In this document: piece after piece, positions 59,864 through 64,000 of the stretch
Position numbering within the stretch: the first letter of the stretch is position 1
How the letters are laid out: each line of letters opens with the position of its first letter
Assembly: GCF_009914755.1 (NCBI RefSeq)
Contig: NC_060940.1
Origin: the human T2T-CHM13v2.0 reference genome, Homo sapiens
Direction: 5' to 3' (one strand)
Length of the DNA stretch: 64,000 nucleotides
The notes under the pieces: model-generated
What the model was told of the DNA's origin: nothing
The model's input: the letters and a program-made list of their open reading frames with translations, nothing else
Databases searched by the model: none
Program-made: the position numbers and the translations under genes

Positions 59864-62800
59864 GAGTACATTAGATGATTCCATTCGATTCCATTCAATG
59901 ATGATTCTATTTGTGTCCCTTAGATGATTCCACATGATTCCATTAGATGATGATACTATTTGAGCCCATCCAATGATTCCCTTCGATTCCATTCGATGAG
60001 GATTCCATTCGATTCAATTCATTGGTGATTCTATTCAGTTCAATTCTTTGATTCCATTCCATTCCATTCGACAATGATTCCATTCGATTTCTTTCGATGA
60101 TTCCACTCGATTCCACTTGACATTGATTCCATTCGATTCCATTCAATGATTCCATTTGATTCCAGTGGATGATGATTGCCATCGATTCCGTTCGATCACT
60201 CCATTCTATTCCATTTGATGATGATTACATTCGATCCCATTTGATGATTCCATCTGATTCTATTCGAGGATTCCATTTGATTCCATTCGATGATGATTCC
60301 ATTCGAGTCCATTCGATGATTTCATTCGAGTACATCCAATGATTCCATTCGAGTCCATTTGATGATTCCATTTCATTCCATTTGATTATGATTCTACTAG
60401 AGTCCATTCAATGACTCCATTCGAGTCCATTCAACAATTCCATTCGAGTCCATTCGATGATTCCATTCGATTCCATTTGATGATTCCATTCGAGTCCATT
60501 TAATCATTACAGTCGAGTCCATTTGGTGATTCCACTGGATTTCTTTTGATAATGATACCATTCAATTACATTTGATGATGATCCCATTCAATTTCATTTG
60601 ATGATGATTCCATTAGAGTCCATTCGATGATTTCATTCGAGTCCCTTATTGATTCCATCCGATTTCATTGGATGATGACTCCATTCGAGTCCATTCGATG
60701 ATTCCACTCGATTCCATTAGATGATTCCATTGGAGTCCATTTGATTGTTCCATTCGATTCCATTCGATTCCTTTCGAAGATTATTCCATTTGAGTCCATT
60801 CGATGATGATTCCATTCCATTCCATTCGATGATTCCGTTTGATTCCATTCGATGATTCCATTTGATTCCATTCGACGGTGAGCAATTCGATTCAATTCCA
60901 TGATGATTCTATTTGATTCAATTAGATGATGTTTCCATTCGAATCCATTCCATGATTATTCCATTGGAATCCATTTGGCGATGATTCCATATGAGTCAAT
61001 TCAATGATGATTCCATATGGGTCCGTTCGATGATAATTCCATTTGATTTCATTCGATGCTTCTATTCTATTCCAGTCGATGATGATTCCGTTGGAGTCCA
61101 TACGATGATTCCATTTGATTTCATTTGATGATGATTCCATTCGATGATGATTACATTGGATTCCATTCTATGATTCCATTCAATTCCATTCGTTGATGAT
61201 TCGATTCCATTCAATGATGATTCCATTTGAGTTCATTCGATGATTCTATTCGATTCCGTTCGATGGTGATTCAATTCTATTATATTGGATGATTCCACTC
61301 GATTCCATTTGATGATTATTCCATTGGAGTCCACTTAGGGAATCCTTTAGATTCTACTCGAAGATGATTCCATTCGAGTCCATTCGATGATACCATTCAA
61401 TTCCATTCGTTGATGCTTCCATTCAAGTGCATTCGATGATATCATTCGATTCCATTTGATGATAATTCCATTTGATTCCATGCGATGATTCTATTCGATT
61501 CCATTCAATGATAATTCCATTCAATTCAGTGATTCCTCTGGACTCCATTTGATGATGATTCCATTCAATGATTCCATTCGATTCTATTCGAAAATGATTC
61601 CATTTGAATCCATTTGATGATGATTCCATTAGATTCCATTTGATGATTCCATTCGATTCCATTCGACGATGATTCCATTCGATTCCATTTGATGATTCCA
61701 TTCTATTCTATTCGATGATGATTCCATTCGATTCCATTTGATGATGATTGGATTCGATTCCATTTGATGATTTCATTTGATCCCATTCGTTAATGATTTC
61801 GATCAATTCCATTCGATGATTCCATTCGATTCCATTCGATAATGATTACATCCGAGTCCATTCGATGATTCCATTTGAGCCTGTTTGATAATTCCATTTG
61901 AGTCCAATCAATGATTCCATTCATTTCCATTCAATGATTCCATTCGAGTCCATTTGATCATTCCGGTAGGGTCCATTCGATGTTGATTCCATTGGAGTGC
62001 ATTCGATGATTCCACTCGAGTCCATTTTATGATTTGATTCGAGTCCTTTCGATGATTCCATTCGATTCCACTCGATGATGATTTCATTCGAGTCCATTCG
62101 ACACTTCCATTCGATTCCATTTGATGTTTCCATTCGAGTCCAATTGATGATTCCATTCAATTCCATTCGATGATGATTCCGTACGATTCCATTCTGTGAT
62201 GATTCCATGTGATTGCATTCAATGATGATTCCTTTCGATTGCATTCGATTATGATTCATTTCGTGTTCATTCTATGGTTCCACAGGTTTCCATTCGTGTC
62301 CATTCCATTATTCCATTCTATTCCATTTGATGATGATTCCATTCGATTCCATTCATTGGTGATTCCACTCAATTCCATTCAATGATTCCATTCCATTTCT
62401 TTCAACAATGATTCCATTACTTTCTAATCGATGATCCACTTGATTCCATTTGACGACGATTCCATTCTTGTCCATTCGATGATTCCATTTGATTCCATAT
62501 GATGATGATTCCATTCGATTCCATACGATGATGATTCCATTCGAGTCCATTCAATGGTGATTCCATTCAATTCCATTCGATGATTCCTTTCGATTCCATT
62601 CGATGATGATGGCATTCGATTCCTTTCAATCATTCCCTTTGATTGCATTCAAAGGTGATTTCATTCAAGTCCATTCGATAATTGCATTCGATTCCATTCT
62701 ATGATGATTCCATTCGAGTCCATTTGATGATTCCATTCAATTCAAGTCAATGATGATTCCATTCGATTCCATTCGATGATTCCATTGGATTCCATTCGAT

Positions 62801-64000
62801 GATGATTCCATTCAAATCCATTCGATAATTCAATTCAAGTCCATTCGATGATGATTCCAATCGAATCCATTCAAATATTCCATTCAGTTCCATTCGATGA
62901 TTCCCTTAGATTCCATTCGATGATTCCACTTGATTCCATTTACGATGATTCCATTCGATTCCATGTGATGATTCCATTCAATTCTATTCAATGATGTTTC
63001 CATTTGATTCCATTCGACCATGATTGCCTTTGATTCCATTCAATGATTCCATTCGGTTCCTTTTGATGATGATTCCATTCGATTCCATTTGATGATTCCA
63101 TTTGATTCCATTGGATGAGTCCATTCGATTACATTCGATGATTGTTCCATTCGAGAGCATTAGATGATTCCATTCGAGTCCATTCGATGATTCCATTCGA
63201 TTCCATTCGATGTTGATTCTGTTCAAATCCATTCGATGATTCCACTCGATTCCATTCGATGACTCCATTTGATCCCATTTGATGATTTCCTTTGATTCCC
63301 TTTGGTGATCATTCCATTTGATTCAATTCGGTGATTTCATTGGATTCCATTCAGTGATGTTTCCATTCGACTCCATTCGATGATGATTCCATTCGACTCC
63401 ATTCGATTATGATTTCATTCAATTCCATTTGATAATGATTCCCTTCGAGTCCATTCGATGATTCCATTCGATTCCATTCAACGATGATTTGATTCGTGTC
63501 CATTCGATGATTCCATTTGATTCCACTTGATGATGATTCCATTCGAGTCCATTTGATGATTCCATTCAATTCCATTCTCCGATGATTTCTTTTGAGCCCA
63601 CTCAATGCTTCCACTCGATTCCATATGATGATGACTCCATTCGATGAAATTCGATGATGATTCCATTCGCTTGCTTTCAATGATGATTCCACTTGAGTCC
63701 GTTAGAAGATTCTATTCAATTACATTCCATGACGATTCCGTTCGAGTCCATTTGATGATTCCATTAGACTCCATTCGACGATGATTCCATTCGATGTTAT
63801 TCGATGATTCCATTCGATCTCATTCGATGATGATTCCATTCAACTCTTTTCGATGTATCTATTCGAGTTCATTCTATTATTCCATTAGATTCAATTCGAT
63901 GATGATTCCATTCGATTCCATTTCATGATTGCATTCTATTTCATTTGATGATGATTCCATTCTAGTCCACTCGATGATTCCATTCGAGTCCATTTATTGA
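59864..64000 (+). repeat. 6.1-kb unit copy 11 (1-bp and 1148-bp deletions; cut off by the window end at unit position ~5286)
   Basis: Anchor at 59864; GTCCCTTATTG at ~60641 lacks one C; jump at ~60850 from unit position ~990 to ~2140. Confidence 0.9.

Larger units (their letters stand above)
1..64000 (+). repeat. Human satellite 2 (HSat2/HSATII) tandem array, probably subfamily HSat2B with a 6.11-kb period (chr16 pericentromeric heterochromatin)
   Basis: Continuous CATTCGATTC/CATTCGAGTC/GATGATGATT motifs with 23/26-bp sub-periodicity and dense TaqI (TCGA) and HinfI (GANTC) sites, typical of HSat2 rather than the purer (CATTC)n of HSat3. Identical ORF artefacts recur exactly 6112 bp apart (11907, 18019, 24131, 30243). 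The subfamily and chromosome call relies on the known period. Confidence 0.95.

Noticed and set aside
80-63692. Many 60-137 aa ORFs on the minus strand (MESSSNGIEWNH-like peptides)
   Set aside because: They are translations of the GAATG strand, which is ATG-rich and stop-poor. They overlap in several frames, recur with the unit and are broken at random by SNVs and indels. Such peptides are known spurious database proteins arising from human satellite contamination.
1-64000. CRISPR-like 23-26 bp periodicity
   Set aside because: There are no unique spacers, no leader and no cas genes; it is an uninterrupted degenerate tandem repeat.
1-64000. Transposon insertion or strand inversion inside the array
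   Set aside because: No Alu, L1 or LTR sequence, poly-A tail or GAATG-oriented block was seen, and all unit lengths are accounted for by the listed indels.
1-64000. CpG-island promoter or transcription-factor sites (e.g. DUX4-like TGATTGGATTC near 3031)
   Set aside because: The CpGs are the intrinsic TCGA of HSat2 in an AT-rich background, and motif matches are imperfect. HSATII transcription and ICF/cancer hypomethylation are known but cannot be assigned to a site from sequence alone.

Overview
The whole window is human satellite 2 (HSat2/HSATII): diverged CATTC repeats arranged as alternating 23- and 26-bp sub-units (e.g. GATTCCATTCGATGATGATTCCATTCGAGTCCATTCGAT), all in one orientation with CATTC on the + strand. 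There is a 6112-bp tandem higher-order unit, present as 11 head-to-tail copies, some deleted or partial. That period matches the known ~6.1-kb HSat2B array of human chr16 pericentromeric heterochromatin (16q11.2); the chromosome assignment comes from prior knowledge, not from an alignment. I found no genes, RNA genes, transposons, CRISPR arrays or inversions, and every ORF in the track is a satellite-translation artefact. I did not find a new biological system. The informative signal is array evolution: homology-mediated deletions of 23, 49, 374, 804 and 1148 bp, small complex indels, mosaic units, a shift from near-identical units (1-6) to a variant subtype (8-11), and older internal duplications inside the unit.
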